Virus record (IMG/VR): IMGVR_UViG_3300009081_000009
Coordinates: 32,001-96,000 of that record
DNA length: 64,000 nt
Origin: a virus
Strand: one strand, 5' to 3'
Both the position numbers and the translations under genes were made by a program. Below are positions 39,016 to 48,511 of this stretch, piece by piece (position 1 is the stretch's first letter; each line of letters starts with the position of its first letter). Below the pieces are notes generated by a model. The model was not told where the DNA came from, did no database searches, and was given only the letters and a program-made list of their open reading frames with translations.

Positions 39016-42000
39016 ATGGCAGTTTACGGACAAGGCGCACCGGGAGTAAGAATCAGACTGAGAGATCAAAGTGAAGTCAGTTTGGTTACGAATCCAAATA
39101 TAACCGCTGGTATTGTCGGTTATTCATCTAAGGGTGAATTCAATAAGATAATTGATCTTACATCCACCGCTGAACAGGATACATATCTTGGTAGTGGCTT
39201 TAACAACGCGAAATTCAATCAAGGATTGTATGCAGCTCGTGCTGTAATAAATTATGGTGGATTTGTTGAGTATGTTCGACCATATGGCGAAACAACTATT
39301 GCAGATGATGACTATAATCAAGATTTAAAAACTGATACATTCACTGTAGCATTCGATTTCTCTGATACAGCTACTACATCGTTTGATGTAAAGCACATGG
39401 CATCTACTAGATATACGGAAGATGGTTTACAAGGTTTGGGATCTCGTAAAATAAACACAATTACAGAAACTCTCGCAAACAATACAAACGTTGATTTTGA
39501 ATTATCTGCTGATGCAATGACTGACGCTGGAAGTGGTACAGATAAGGTTATGTTATTCGCTATAATGAATAGTGATCCGACCGCTGCTGTACGTGCAGGT
39601 GATCGCGTTGCAGTTATCGATATAACAGGTTCTGGTACTGCTGCTACGGTAACTACTGGAAGTATACATGGATTGAGTGCTGGTGATAGCGTTATAGTTG
39701 CAGGTACTGCTAACTATAATGGTACTTATACAATCGCAACTATTGTTGATGATGTTAAGTTTACATTCGCTACAACCGAAACAACTCACGAAACGGTTGG
39801 TTCTATTTACTCAAATTCAGATACAGTAAACAGTGGTGTTGATTATTTAACTGTCAAGACAGTTGCATCGGGTAAAGCATCCAAAAAATATGATCGTATT
39901 ACTTTATCTACATCTACTTTAATGGGTGTGGCTAATGCTACTGACACGTTCACAATGGAAACTTCAACTGGTGCGGATGCAACCTTTGAATTTACATTGA
40001 CCGGAACACCTTCATTGGATACATATTATCCAATTACCATCGTAAACGATACATTCACTACTACTTATGTAGCCACTGCATTGACTGCAATCGTAGTAAC
40101 AGACCCTGCTAAATATGCAGTTGGTGATAAAATACACGTTACAAGTAGTCTAGGTCTTCCAACTGGGTTAGTCGCTGCTACTATATATACAGTTAGTGCA
40201 ATAGTAGGTACTAGCGTTAGCTTAAATCTTTCATCCACTGGTGCTGCTGTGTCTATGACAACTAGCTGTACTGATGGTGTTGCTATTAACTTAACAGCAA
40301 CTCTACGATCTATTGTATCTGCATTTGCTAATGTAGGATTGGCAAATTCTTCACAGGCAACAGCTACTGCAACTGAGATCACTGCAACTACTGGTATCAT
40401 TACATTAAATGCTTCACAAGCATCTAAATTCACGGTCGATGATCTAGTTATACTAGATGATTATTATGCAAATACTGGATTGAGAACTGCATTGCCTACA
40501 GGATTAACTGCTGGTACTGTATATAAAGTTGGTACTGTTGATTTGATTAATAATACTATCACATTAAAAGATTATACAAGCGGTGTATTGGTTGCTCCAT
40601 CGGTAACGTCAACCTCTGGAATTACATACAGATTGTTGAATTTAACTACTGGTGTAGTCTCAGCAACTATAAATTCTAATAGTCTTTCCATTGATGTTAT
40701 CGGTAAGTTCGGATTAACATCTCCAATATCTGTACAAGAAACTGCTACATCATTCTTTACATTTACTGATTTAGCTACTGCATTCTTAGCATCAACCGTA
40801 TCTATGGATGATGCCGACCATAAAATAGCAGGAACTGATGGATATATAGTAATCGACTCTGACATCGGAAGACAATTCCTTAATCTAGGTCTCGCTACCG
40901 AAGATTATCAAGATATAAATTTTGATGGTACGGAAGATCGTGTATATCAACTAACTGCTGAAGGTGAAGTTGTTGCTAAAATGTACGTATTCGTAAAGTA
41001 TTATTTTGGTGGTGAATTATATGAATTCGCTGGTACATTAGTTGAATACGCTTATGGCGATACTAATTTGTATTTGAAAAATAGTGCAGAAGATTATGAA
41101 AATGGTTGGACACTTGTTATGAATGACAACGCATCTATAGAAGATGCTGTTGAAAATCCAAATTTCTCACTTGCTAATAGCATTTCTGGTGGAATTATAA
41201 CAAGTTCAGTAACTAAAGTTGCTTTTGATGAAACTGATCCAGCTATCTTAAATGATGCTATCTGGACATATTTACCTAAGAACAACAATTCATCTAACAT
41301 ACTAGCAAGTGCTTGGAACTTATTCTTGAATAAAGATGAGGCTAGTGCTGACATGTTAATATCTGCTGGTACTGCGATTAGTAATCTTTTCGTTAAGAAT
41401 ATGGAACAAATCAATTACACTGTAATGGACACTATGCTTAGCATATGTGAAAAGAGAAAGGATTTATTCGCAATCTTTGACGGTGTGGATGAGCCAAAAA
41501 TAACAGTAGCATTGAAGAAAATGATCGGTATTGGTTCTAGTGGTGATTTATCTCGCTGGGGTTCATTATTTGATGGAAGATCCATTTTCTCTGATACCAT
41601 TTATACAAAATTAAATGCACAGGCTGTTAAATCGATTGAAGTCGCTGCTATTATTACTGCTAACAGAGCAAGTAATGTATACTGGTTGCCTCCTGCTGGT
41701 TTCACAACTGGTAAGATCCCAACAGGTCTTGCAAAACGTCAGAAATTCATCAGAACTTATAATTATGCAGATGATATCAATTCCGATATTGCTCGTTTGT
41801 ATGATGCAAACATTAACCCAACCCGTGTAAATGATCAGGGTCAGTTCATATATGGTCAAAAGACCATGTTAAAGAGAATGACTGCATTGAATCGTTTAAA
41901 TGTTATCATGCTAATCGCTGGTATACATAAACGTTTCGGTAATTATTTGGATACAAAGGTATTCCAATTAAATACAGCAGCATTAAGAGCTGGTATTCAG

Positions 42001-42234
42001 GCTGATCTACAAGCTCAGTTGGAGTTGATTAAATCCGCTAACCCTGCTGGTTTGACCGCTGGTGTTGTTATATGCGATGAAACAAACAATACACCTGACA
42101 TCATTGATACAAATCAATTGATTGTTGATGTAGTGTTACAACCAACAAAAACTGCTGAGTTCATTACTCTTAGAACTACGGTTCAGAGAACGGGTGCAGA
42201 TCTTAAAATTACTAACACCATTGTGGGAGGATAA
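39016..42234 (+). CDS. gp18: contractile tail sheath protein (gp18-like) with large inserted domains
   Basis: APGV N-terminus; WLPPAG, LYDANINP, YGQKT, LNRLNV, CDETNNTP..ID, LQPTKTAEFI. Confidence 0.95.
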   Translation: MAVYGQGAPGVRIRLRDQSEVSLVTNPNITAGIVGYSSKGEFNKIIDLTSTAEQDTYLGSGFNNAKFNQGLYAARAVINYGGFVEYVRPYGETTIADDDYNQDLKTDTFTVAFDFSDTATTSFDVKHMASTRYTEDGLQGLGSRKINTITETLANNTNVDFELSADAMTDAGSGTDKVMLFAIMNSDPTAAVRAGDRVAVIDITGSGTAATVTTGSIHGLSAGDSVIVAGTANYNGTYTIATIVDDVKFTFATTETTHETVGSIYSNSDTVNSGVDYLTVKTVASGKASKKYDRITLSTSTLMGVANATDTFTMETSTGADATFEFTLTGTPSLDTYYPITIVNDTFTTTYVATALTAIVVTDPAKYAVGDKIHVTSSLGLPTGLVAATIYTVSAIVGTSVSLNLSSTGAAVSMTTSCTDGVAINLTATLRSIVSAFANVGLANSSQATATATEITATTGIITLNASQASKFTVDDLVILDDYYANTGLRTALPTGLTAGTVYKVGTVDLINNTITLKDYTSGVLVAPSVTSTSGITYRLLNLTTGVVSATINSNSLSIDVIGKFGLTSPISVQETATSFFTFTDLATAFLASTVSMDDADHKIAGTDGYIVIDSDIGRQFLNLGLATEDYQDINFDGTEDRVYQLTAEGEVVAKMYVFVKYYFGGELYEFAGTLVEYAYGDTNLYLKNSAEDYENGWTLVMNDNASIEDAVENPNFSLANSISGGIITSSVTKVAFDETDPAILNDAIWTYLPKNNNSSNILASAWNLFLNKDEASADMLISAGTAISNLFVKNMEQINYTVMDTMLSICEKRKDLFAIFDGVDEPKITVALKKMIGIGSSGDLSRWGSLFDGRSIFSDTIYTKLNAQAVKSIEVAAIITANRASNVYWLPPAGFTTGKIPTGLAKRQKFIRTYNYADDINSDIARLYDANINPTRVNDQGQFIYGQKTMLKRMTALNRLNVIMLIAGIHKRFGNYLDTKVFQLNTAALRAGIQADLQAQLELIKSANPAGLTAGVVICDETNNTPDIIDTNQLIVDVVLQPTKTAEFITLRTTVQRTGADLKITNTIVGG

Positions 42235-42238
42235 TTAA

Positions 42239-42919
42239 ATGGCTGATTTTAGTAACCAAACCAAACTTTTCTATCTTAGTGGTGTTGATAACTTACGTGA
42301 TCCAGTTAGAAACACTCGCTGGAGAATGTTAATTCCATCTGAAATTTTTGCAGCCACTGGTATTCAAGTTACCAATGGTGCTCAATTCAATAATGGACAG
42401 GACGGAACTGATGAATTTGCATTACATGTAAAGTCATGTCAGATTCCTACCCTAAAAAATGAAAATAAATTTCATTGGTATATGGGATTTAAACAGGCAC
42501 ATGTAGTTAATACCGATATGTCTACTGAACAAGAATTCGAAACGATTCTGTTGGAAGATATGAGAGCGTATGAAGCTATGATTGCTTGGGAACAGGCTTG
42601 TCATAATACTGGTATTCTTGTTGATGGCTCCACTAATGATAGAATGAATCAAACTGGTATTCGACTAGGATTAGGTAATCATAAAGATATAGCTAATCCA
42701 ACATCTACTGTGGTTAGAAATAACACGGTTAAGATTGAGTTGTATAACTGGATGCGCGGTGATGTAATAATGAGACTTAATCTTATTAATGCATATCCAA
42801 GCGAAGTATCTGGATTCAGTCTTAATTATAATTCAGCCGATATAGTTAATTTCAAATTCAAACTATTCGCTGATAGATGGACGGTACAAATACCAGAAGG
42901 ATATACAACTGGTGTCTAA
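42239..42919 (+). CDS. gp19: tail tube protein (gp19-like)
   Basis: Follows the sheath; CQIP, LINAYPSEVS..L.Y.S, F.F..DRW. Confidence 0.85.
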   Translation: MADFSNQTKLFYLSGVDNLRDPVRNTRWRMLIPSEIFAATGIQVTNGAQFNNGQDGTDEFALHVKSCQIPTLKNENKFHWYMGFKQAHVVNTDMSTEQEFETILLEDMRAYEAMIAWEQACHNTGILVDGSTNDRMNQTGIRLGLGNHKDIANPTSTVVRNNTVKIELYNWMRGDVIMRLNLINAYPSEVSGFSLNYNSADIVNFKFKLFADRWTVQIPEGYTTGV

Positions 42920-42921
42920 TT

Positions 42922-42953
42922 AAAAAAGGGTGATTTAATCACCCTTTTTCTTT
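42922..42953. terminator. bidirectional intrinsic terminator
   Basis: AAAAAGGGTGATT-T-AATCACCCTTTTT between convergent genes. Confidence 0.8.
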
Positions 42954-43418
42954 TTACAATCCATATTTTGCTCTAACTTCTTCACGCTTTAAAATAACAT
43001 TAACACTATTGGCATAGTATTGTAATTGACTTACTGTGCGTTTTAGAAATTCTACATATGCATTCTGATCATCATATTCACGTTGTTTTGCACGTACACC
43101 TTCATGACCTTCTAATATAACATTAGTACCCTTTGAATCTATGTCATATGCTAATTTTGTTCGTTTGATGTCATCGTATGCGATTGCTTTAATTTTAGCC
43201 AAATCTTCGGCTATCTGATTTAATTTAAGTTGTTCCTGAAATTGAAGTCCGTTATAATTTGTATATATGTTTCCTGATGAGTAGGCAACATTGCGTTGAC
43301 ACTTATCAAGATCGACCTCCCCATCAGCATTAAATGCATTAAATGTGTTATTTATGTGATTTTTTAATTTTATTATATGTTCAGATGTAATTGATATAGG
43401 TATTTCGTCACTAGCCAT
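42954..43418 (-). CDS. uvsY: UvsY-like recombination mediator
   Basis: True start MASDEIP at 43418 (GAGG SD); helical; ILEGHE..., YVEFLKRTVSQLQYYANSVNVIL resembles the UvsY C-terminus. Confidence 0.65.
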   Translation of the reverse strand: MASDEIPISITSEHIIKLKNHINNTFNAFNADGEVDLDKCQRNVAYSSGNIYTNYNGLQFQEQLKLNQIAEDLAKIKAIAYDDIKRTKLAYDIDSKGTNVILEGHEGVRAKQREYDDQNAYVEFLKRTVSQLQYYANSVNVILKREEVRAKYGL

Positions 43419-43489
43419 GATATTCCTCGTTTTTTTAATATAAATCAAATATATTATAAATATACTTAATAAACTATGGGTTATCATTA

Positions 43490-44041
43490 ATGGAAAAAGA
43501 TTATTCAGCATTTGAACGGCTTCTAGGATTACCAGCAGGATCAACAGCACAAGGAGAAGACGCACTACGTCCGTTACTGGCTGATGGAATAAAAAATAAA
43601 ACAACTGAATTAACTAAGAAAGCAAATCAACTCGAAGTTCTTGGTGATATGTCTAAAGCCGATTTGGTTAAGAGTGGATTTAATTTGGATAGTCTTGAAG
43701 AAGATAAAATTAGAATTCGGACTGAAACCTTTGAGGTGTATGCCATTGCTAGATCATTATTAGATGGTTATAAAACCCAAATGGATAGGGCAGTTAATCC
43801 AAATGATCGTATGTGGATGGCAGGTGCTAAGCTAGTAGATTCGGTCACTGGTAGCTTAGATAAACTGCTTACAATGACGATGAAATTCCGTCAGGAAGAA
43901 GAAATGAAGGGCATGACCTTGGTAGCTGATGAAGAAAAAACATCAAAGGAAATGACTCCTAAGAGTTGGTTGGAATTTGTCAAAGCCGTTAAAGATGCAA
44001 CCCCAGAAGAATTAGGTGAAGTAATAGAACATAAGGAATAA
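43490..44041 (+). CDS. gp16-like terminase small subunit
   Basis: NPNDRMWMAGAKLVDSVTGSLDKLLTM parallels gp16 'PRAYEV...L.......KL..L'; TATAAATA and AATAAACTA upstream. Confidence 0.55.
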   Translation: MEKDYSAFERLLGLPAGSTAQGEDALRPLLADGIKNKTTELTKKANQLEVLGDMSKADLVKSGFNLDSLEEDKIRIRTETFEVYAIARSLLDGYKTQMDRAVNPNDRMWMAGAKLVDSVTGSLDKLLTMTMKFRQEEEMKGMTLVADEEKTSKEMTPKSWLEFVKAVKDATPEELGEVIEHKE

Positions 44042-44082
44042 ATTATATATAAATTTTAATTAAATTATGTATATTTATACTC

Positions 44083-45201
44083 ATGGAAAGAATAGCACTT
44101 ATAGGTGATCCACATTTTGCTAGAAAAGCTGAGCATCCTTTAATAAAGAAACATATAAAGGATGGACAAGAGGCTTATTTTGATTTTGTTGTTAGTGAAC
44201 TAAACAAAAACAATATTAAAACAGTTCTTATAAGTGGGGATTTACATGATACTCGTCAATCAATTAATGTGGAAGCATTAGTATTGACGAAACGTTTACT
44301 ACAAACGAAAATGAAAGACTTTGATGTACATATCATATTAGGTAATCATGATATGTATTATGAGAACTCATATGATATCACTGCTCTTGAATTATTTGAA
44401 GATATCCCTAATGTAACTGTGTATAGAAATGAAGTGGAAATGAAAACCTTCTTAGGTAAAACATGGTATATGTTTCCTTGGATAATTCATGAACGAGAAA
44501 ATAGTACAGTAGAATTCTTAAAGAAATTGGCATCAAAGCCATTAAAGGATAGGAATAATACTGTTTTATTTGGTCATTTCGAGATGTTTGGTATAAATAT
44601 GGAAGGCAATAGCATGTCAACGTTTGGATTAGATCCAAATACGTTCATGGATGCATCAAATACCATATTTAGCGGTCATTATCATGGTAAATCAATAACA
44701 GAAAAATCAAGTAGTAAATTAGTATATCTTGGATCACCATATCCAATGACATTTGCAAATGCCAATCAGCAACATGGTATATGGTTGGTTGATGAAAATC
44801 TTAATACTGAATTTATTGAGAATAAAATATCACCTCGATTTGTTGATATATGGGATACCGATGACATGGATTTATTAGATGATTTAACAAATTGTTTTGT
44901 TAGATTATATATAAATAAAACAATAACATCAGAAAAAGAATTCGAAATTAGGTTGAAAATAGAAAATAAAAAACCTATTTTAATTAGAACACTGCCATAT
45001 AATGGTAGTAAAGCGGAAATAGAACAAAAAACCGAAGCTGAAAAGGAAGCAAATCGTATAATTAAAATGTCAACGTTAGATCTTGCTGAAATTTATATAG
45101 ATCAAAATTCAGAAATACTTCCTTCATTGAGATTATCGAACGATCCTAAAGCAGCTATAATGAGTAAACTAAACCTTTATAATGAAACAATCAAAACTTG
45201 A
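44083..45201 (+). CDS. gp47: gp47-like (Mre11/SbcD) nuclease subunit
   Basis: IGDPHF, SGDLHD, LGNHD, FGHFE, SGHYH, YLGSPY. Confidence 0.92.
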   Translation: MERIALIGDPHFARKAEHPLIKKHIKDGQEAYFDFVVSELNKNNIKTVLISGDLHDTRQSINVEALVLTKRLLQTKMKDFDVHIILGNHDMYYENSYDITALELFEDIPNVTVYRNEVEMKTFLGKTWYMFPWIIHERENSTVEFLKKLASKPLKDRNNTVLFGHFEMFGINMEGNSMSTFGLDPNTFMDASNTIFSGHYHGKSITEKSSSKLVYLGSPYPMTFANANQQHGIWLVDENLNTEFIENKISPRFVDIWDTDDMDLLDDLTNCFVRLYINKTITSEKEFEIRLKIENKKPILIRTLPYNGSKAEIEQKTEAEKEANRIIKMSTLDLAEIYIDQNSEILPSLRLSNDPKAAIMSKLNLYNETIKT

Positions 45202-45208
45202 GGCAATA

Positions 45209-46564
45209 ATGTCAGATACAAACGAACAAGTAATTCCAACGATTAGCGATGAACTTAGAGAAAGAGCATCACAGAAACCAACATTTAATATTATGTTTGT
45301 TTCTGATAATGATTCTAAATTGTCATTATTCCGTGGTAGTAACATATTTAAGACGTTCGAAGAATTTTATTCTAGACAAGCTAATATATCATGTATTACA
45401 GCATCATCGACTAAACTAGCATCAATGAATAAAGATGATCTTGCTGGAGTTAATGTATTGTGGATTGATAATTGCAGTAATTATCAAGCAGCTCGAACTC
45501 TTGCTGATATTCATCGTGATATGCTTAATGATATTGATTCTAATTGGAAAGAGACTGTAGCATCATTTGGTAGTGACTCAGATTCGGCATTGAAATTCAT
45601 TAAAGAATTAAATACAAAGAGAGAAGCACGACTTAGAATTATATATGCAATCGATGAATTGGTATGGGATGCACCTGTTGGTCGTGCCCATGATATTCAA
45701 AGCGTACAGATAATGGAAAACTATATGAATCTAGCTGATAGTATAGTAGTTCCAACGGCTGAATTGCGTGAATTAATTCAATATTATAAGTTCATTGTTG
45801 ATACAGAAAAGGATATTTTTGTAATTCCAACATCAGTAAATGCTGACTTCTTTCCATTATTTAAAGATTTCAGTCGAATGCATGCACCAAGTCAACTAGC
45901 CGATAAGCCAAAGGTTTTGATTAAGGGTGTTACCATTCCTAAGAACGTCGAAGAATTTATTGTTGAAAATCATAAGAAAATGAATATCACCATTTGTACT
46001 GTAGGTGAACTCAATGAACATATCATGGGTCTTATTCAGCGTCAAAAGATTACTCATATTTATCACTGGGCTAACCCATACGTAAATAAGAGAAATATAT
46101 TAGCTACATATGCATTGGAAAGAGATATGTCATTTGATTTTGTTATCCATACAAAACCAGATAATCTCCAAGGACAAATGTATGAACTATCAATAGGTGA
46201 TGAAGATATGTTGTTCGCTATTGCATCTGGTGCATTGCCTATTAGTGGTATTGCTCATCTTGAGTATGATGAAGATAGTTCTCATCTAGGTGTTGCTAGT
46301 GGAATCACTTTTGGTAGAGAAAGCACAGCAAAAACTATTAAGCATTTAATCGAGTCATATAGTGTTCCAGTTCGTTGGACGGAAGCATATAATAAGTGTC
46401 GTGCTAAAGTAGAAAGCCGAATCATCACATCGCCTAAGATCATATCAGCATATTTCTCGGTCATGCTTGGTAGAGAAATCGCGCATGCTCGTAATGTGAT
46501 GGCTATGGAAGCTAAAGCTAAACTTGAAAAAAATATTGCTACAGAAACATCACAAGAATCCTAA
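45209..46564 (+). CDS. divergent GT-B glycosyltransferase-like protein
   Basis: IIYAIDELVW, LADSIVVPTAELRE, IFVIPTSV, ASGALPI resemble GT4-like segments; GAGG SD before ATG 45209. Confidence 0.55.
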   Translation: MSDTNEQVIPTISDELRERASQKPTFNIMFVSDNDSKLSLFRGSNIFKTFEEFYSRQANISCITASSTKLASMNKDDLAGVNVLWIDNCSNYQAARTLADIHRDMLNDIDSNWKETVASFGSDSDSALKFIKELNTKREARLRIIYAIDELVWDAPVGRAHDIQSVQIMENYMNLADSIVVPTAELRELIQYYKFIVDTEKDIFVIPTSVNADFFPLFKDFSRMHAPSQLADKPKVLIKGVTIPKNVEEFIVENHKKMNITICTVGELNEHIMGLIQRQKITHIYHWANPYVNKRNILATYALERDMSFDFVIHTKPDNLQGQMYELSIGDEDMLFAIASGALPISGIAHLEYDEDSSHLGVASGITFGRESTAKTIKHLIESYSVPVRWTEAYNKCRAKVESRIITSPKIISAYFSVMLGREIAHARNVMAMEAKAKLEKNIATETSQES

Positions 46565-46579
46565 TAAGGGAGAATTAAT

Positions 46580-47302
46580 ATGAATAAGAATCCTAAATTA
46601 AAGTTAGTTGGGTTTTTTGGTCAGTCAGGTGCTGGTAAGACCACTATAATTCGTAATGTTAAGCCTAAGATAAATGGTCAGACTGTTATTGCAAGTACTG
46701 GTATTATTAGATATTTGTTCGGTAAAAACCCTCGTACATATCAGAGTCCAAATGATATTATGAATAAGTATGGACGTGATATCGATGCATTGAAACCAAT
46801 TGAACGTAATGCTAAAATTGATGAAATGTATGAAAAATATATTAGATCTCAAATGCAATTGATGAATGATTTCTCTACTGAGGTATTCAATCAATCACGT
46901 GAAACGGTCATCGAACCCACAATTATATTATTTGATAGAAGTCCAATTGATTTTTATGCTATTACATACTGCGGTGTTAATTATTTAAAAGATATATTGG
47001 GAAAAGAACTAAATCCTATATGTGTTAAATTATTAGCTTTGTGTAAATCAACTGCTGAATTAAATACTAGAAATATGTTTGATTCCGTATTTATTACATA
47101 TCCATGGAAGACGAACGAATTATCTAAATTTAATGATGGTGTTCGTGATCAGTATTTAAGCGATTTTTACACCGGAGATAATTGGTACAGTCTTATAAAC
47201 ACTGTAGATATCGGATCAGTTAAGACATTTTCAATCGAGGGTGATATAACTGACTTAATGCAGCGAGCTGCTGTAGTCGATAAATACTTAGAGGAAGTGT
47301 AA
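46580..47302 (+). CDS. P-loop nucleotide kinase (dNMP kinase/AAA_28-like)
   Basis: GQSGAGKTT, LFDRSPID, DGVR. Confidence 0.8.
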   Translation: MNKNPKLKLVGFFGQSGAGKTTIIRNVKPKINGQTVIASTGIIRYLFGKNPRTYQSPNDIMNKYGRDIDALKPIERNAKIDEMYEKYIRSQMQLMNDFSTEVFNQSRETVIEPTIILFDRSPIDFYAITYCGVNYLKDILGKELNPICVKLLALCKSTAELNTRNMFDSVFITYPWKTNELSKFNDGVRDQYLSDFYTGDNWYSLINTVDIGSVKTFSIEGDITDLMQRAAVVDKYLEEV

Positions 47303-47304
47303 TC

Positions 47305-48264
47305 ATGGCACCCAAAAACGTTAATAGTGATATAGATCCACAAACCGCAGCACTGCTTAGACAGGCACGTGCTGCTAATAATCAGATGCGCAATATCGGT
47401 ATGCCAGTTACACCACTGGAACCACAAGCACAGCCAGTTATTCAGCCACTTACTGTTAATAAACCAGTTCCTGTGAAAACGACTGAGCCAGTCGCATATG
47501 AAAATTTTGTAGAAATTACTCACTTACCATCGAAGGGATTGTTTTACTCAAATAAAGTATTTGGACAGCCTCTTAAAATGGAAGATATTCTTCAAGTTCA
47601 GACAATGGATGATGATAATCTAATAACTAATTTGGGTGAAATTTTTAGCAGACGTATTAGAGGTGTCACATCTGATGAAATTACCGTAGCCGATGAACTA
47701 TTTTTGGCTCTTTGGTTACGTGCAACTTCATTTCCTAATAGTGATCATCCTGCCGATGGCTTTGTCTGTACCAATGATAAATGTAAGTTTGTGATGAAAG
47801 ATCCTGCATATACAGTTAAATTTCAACAAATCACATTTGATGCACCTAACATGCCAGATGATTTATTTGAGCATTATAAAGCTACTGGTATTGCAGAGGA
47901 TGTTCTCGCATCTACAGGACAGAAAGTGGCTATTGAAATTCGTAGACGCTATCATACAAAATTAATTCATGATATATTAGACGAAGATTATTATTCTAAA
48001 GATACACTACCTTCTAAGTATTACAGAAACTTACTCAGAATAGCCTCAATAACTCATATTGATGACATTGAGGATTTACGTGAACGAGCTATCAGAATAG
48101 GAAATCTAGAGACATCTGAATCATATGAATTAATTAAACTTATTAATAAGTATTCATTGTCAGCCGAACCTATTGTGAATCATATATGCCCTGCGTGTGG
48201 GGAGGTTATCTCTGTTAGGGGGTATCCTTTTCGTTATGAAACATATCTTCCCGCTGATTACTGA
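47305..48264 (+). CDS. gp26-like baseplate hub assembly protein/tail chaperone
   Basis: LPSKGLFY, D..FL.LWLR, CTNDKC and CPACG Zn pairs. Confidence 0.75.
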   Translation: MAPKNVNSDIDPQTAALLRQARAANNQMRNIGMPVTPLEPQAQPVIQPLTVNKPVPVKTTEPVAYENFVEITHLPSKGLFYSNKVFGQPLKMEDILQVQTMDDDNLITNLGEIFSRRIRGVTSDEITVADELFLALWLRATSFPNSDHPADGFVCTNDKCKFVMKDPAYTVKFQQITFDAPNMPDDLFEHYKATGIAEDVLASTGQKVAIEIRRRYHTKLIHDILDEDYYSKDTLPSKYYRNLLRIASITHIDDIEDLRERAIRIGNLETSESYELIKLINKYSLSAEPIVNHICPACGEVISVRGYPFRYETYLPADY

Positions 48265-48439
48265 TGCACAAGTTAGAGAAATTAAGGCATTGATATCGAT
48301 TCATACATCAAATAGTTATCTTGATTGTGATCGAATGTTTGTTCCTGATTTCTTATACTTGGATGATATAGTTCATAAAGAAGCAAAGCAGAAACTAGAA
48401 ACTGCTCAATCACTGTTAAATTCGCTTCTATCTAGATAA
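48236..48439 (+). CDS. small gp51-like/tail-chaperone C-terminal ORF (possibly reached by a +1 frameshift)
   Basis: Overlaps the preceding gene in the +1 frame; SYLDCDRMFVPDFLYL; precedes the tape-measure-like gene. Confidence 0.55.
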   Translation: MKHIFPLITDAQVREIKALISIHTSNSYLDCDRMFVPDFLYLDDIVHKEAKQKLETAQSLLNSLLSR

Positions 48440-48442
48440 TTG

Positions 48443-48479
48443 AAAAAAGACCTAATTATAAATAATTTGGTCTTTTTTT
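48443..48479 (+). terminator. intrinsic terminator
   Basis: AAAAAAGACC...GGTCTTTTTTT. Confidence 0.6.
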
Positions 48480-48483
48480 CTTT

Positions 48484-48492
48484 TATAAACTA
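48484..48492 (+). promoter_or_regulatory. late-type promoter TATAAACTA (baseplate operon)
   Basis: Recurrent motif. Confidence 0.7.
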
Positions 48493-48511
48493 ATATATAA
48501 CGGGTTAATAT

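Noticed and set aside
43419-43604. N-terminal extension of the 42954-43604 ORF
   Set aside because: It overlaps the divergent gene and the promoter region; a GAGG SD supports the start at 43418.
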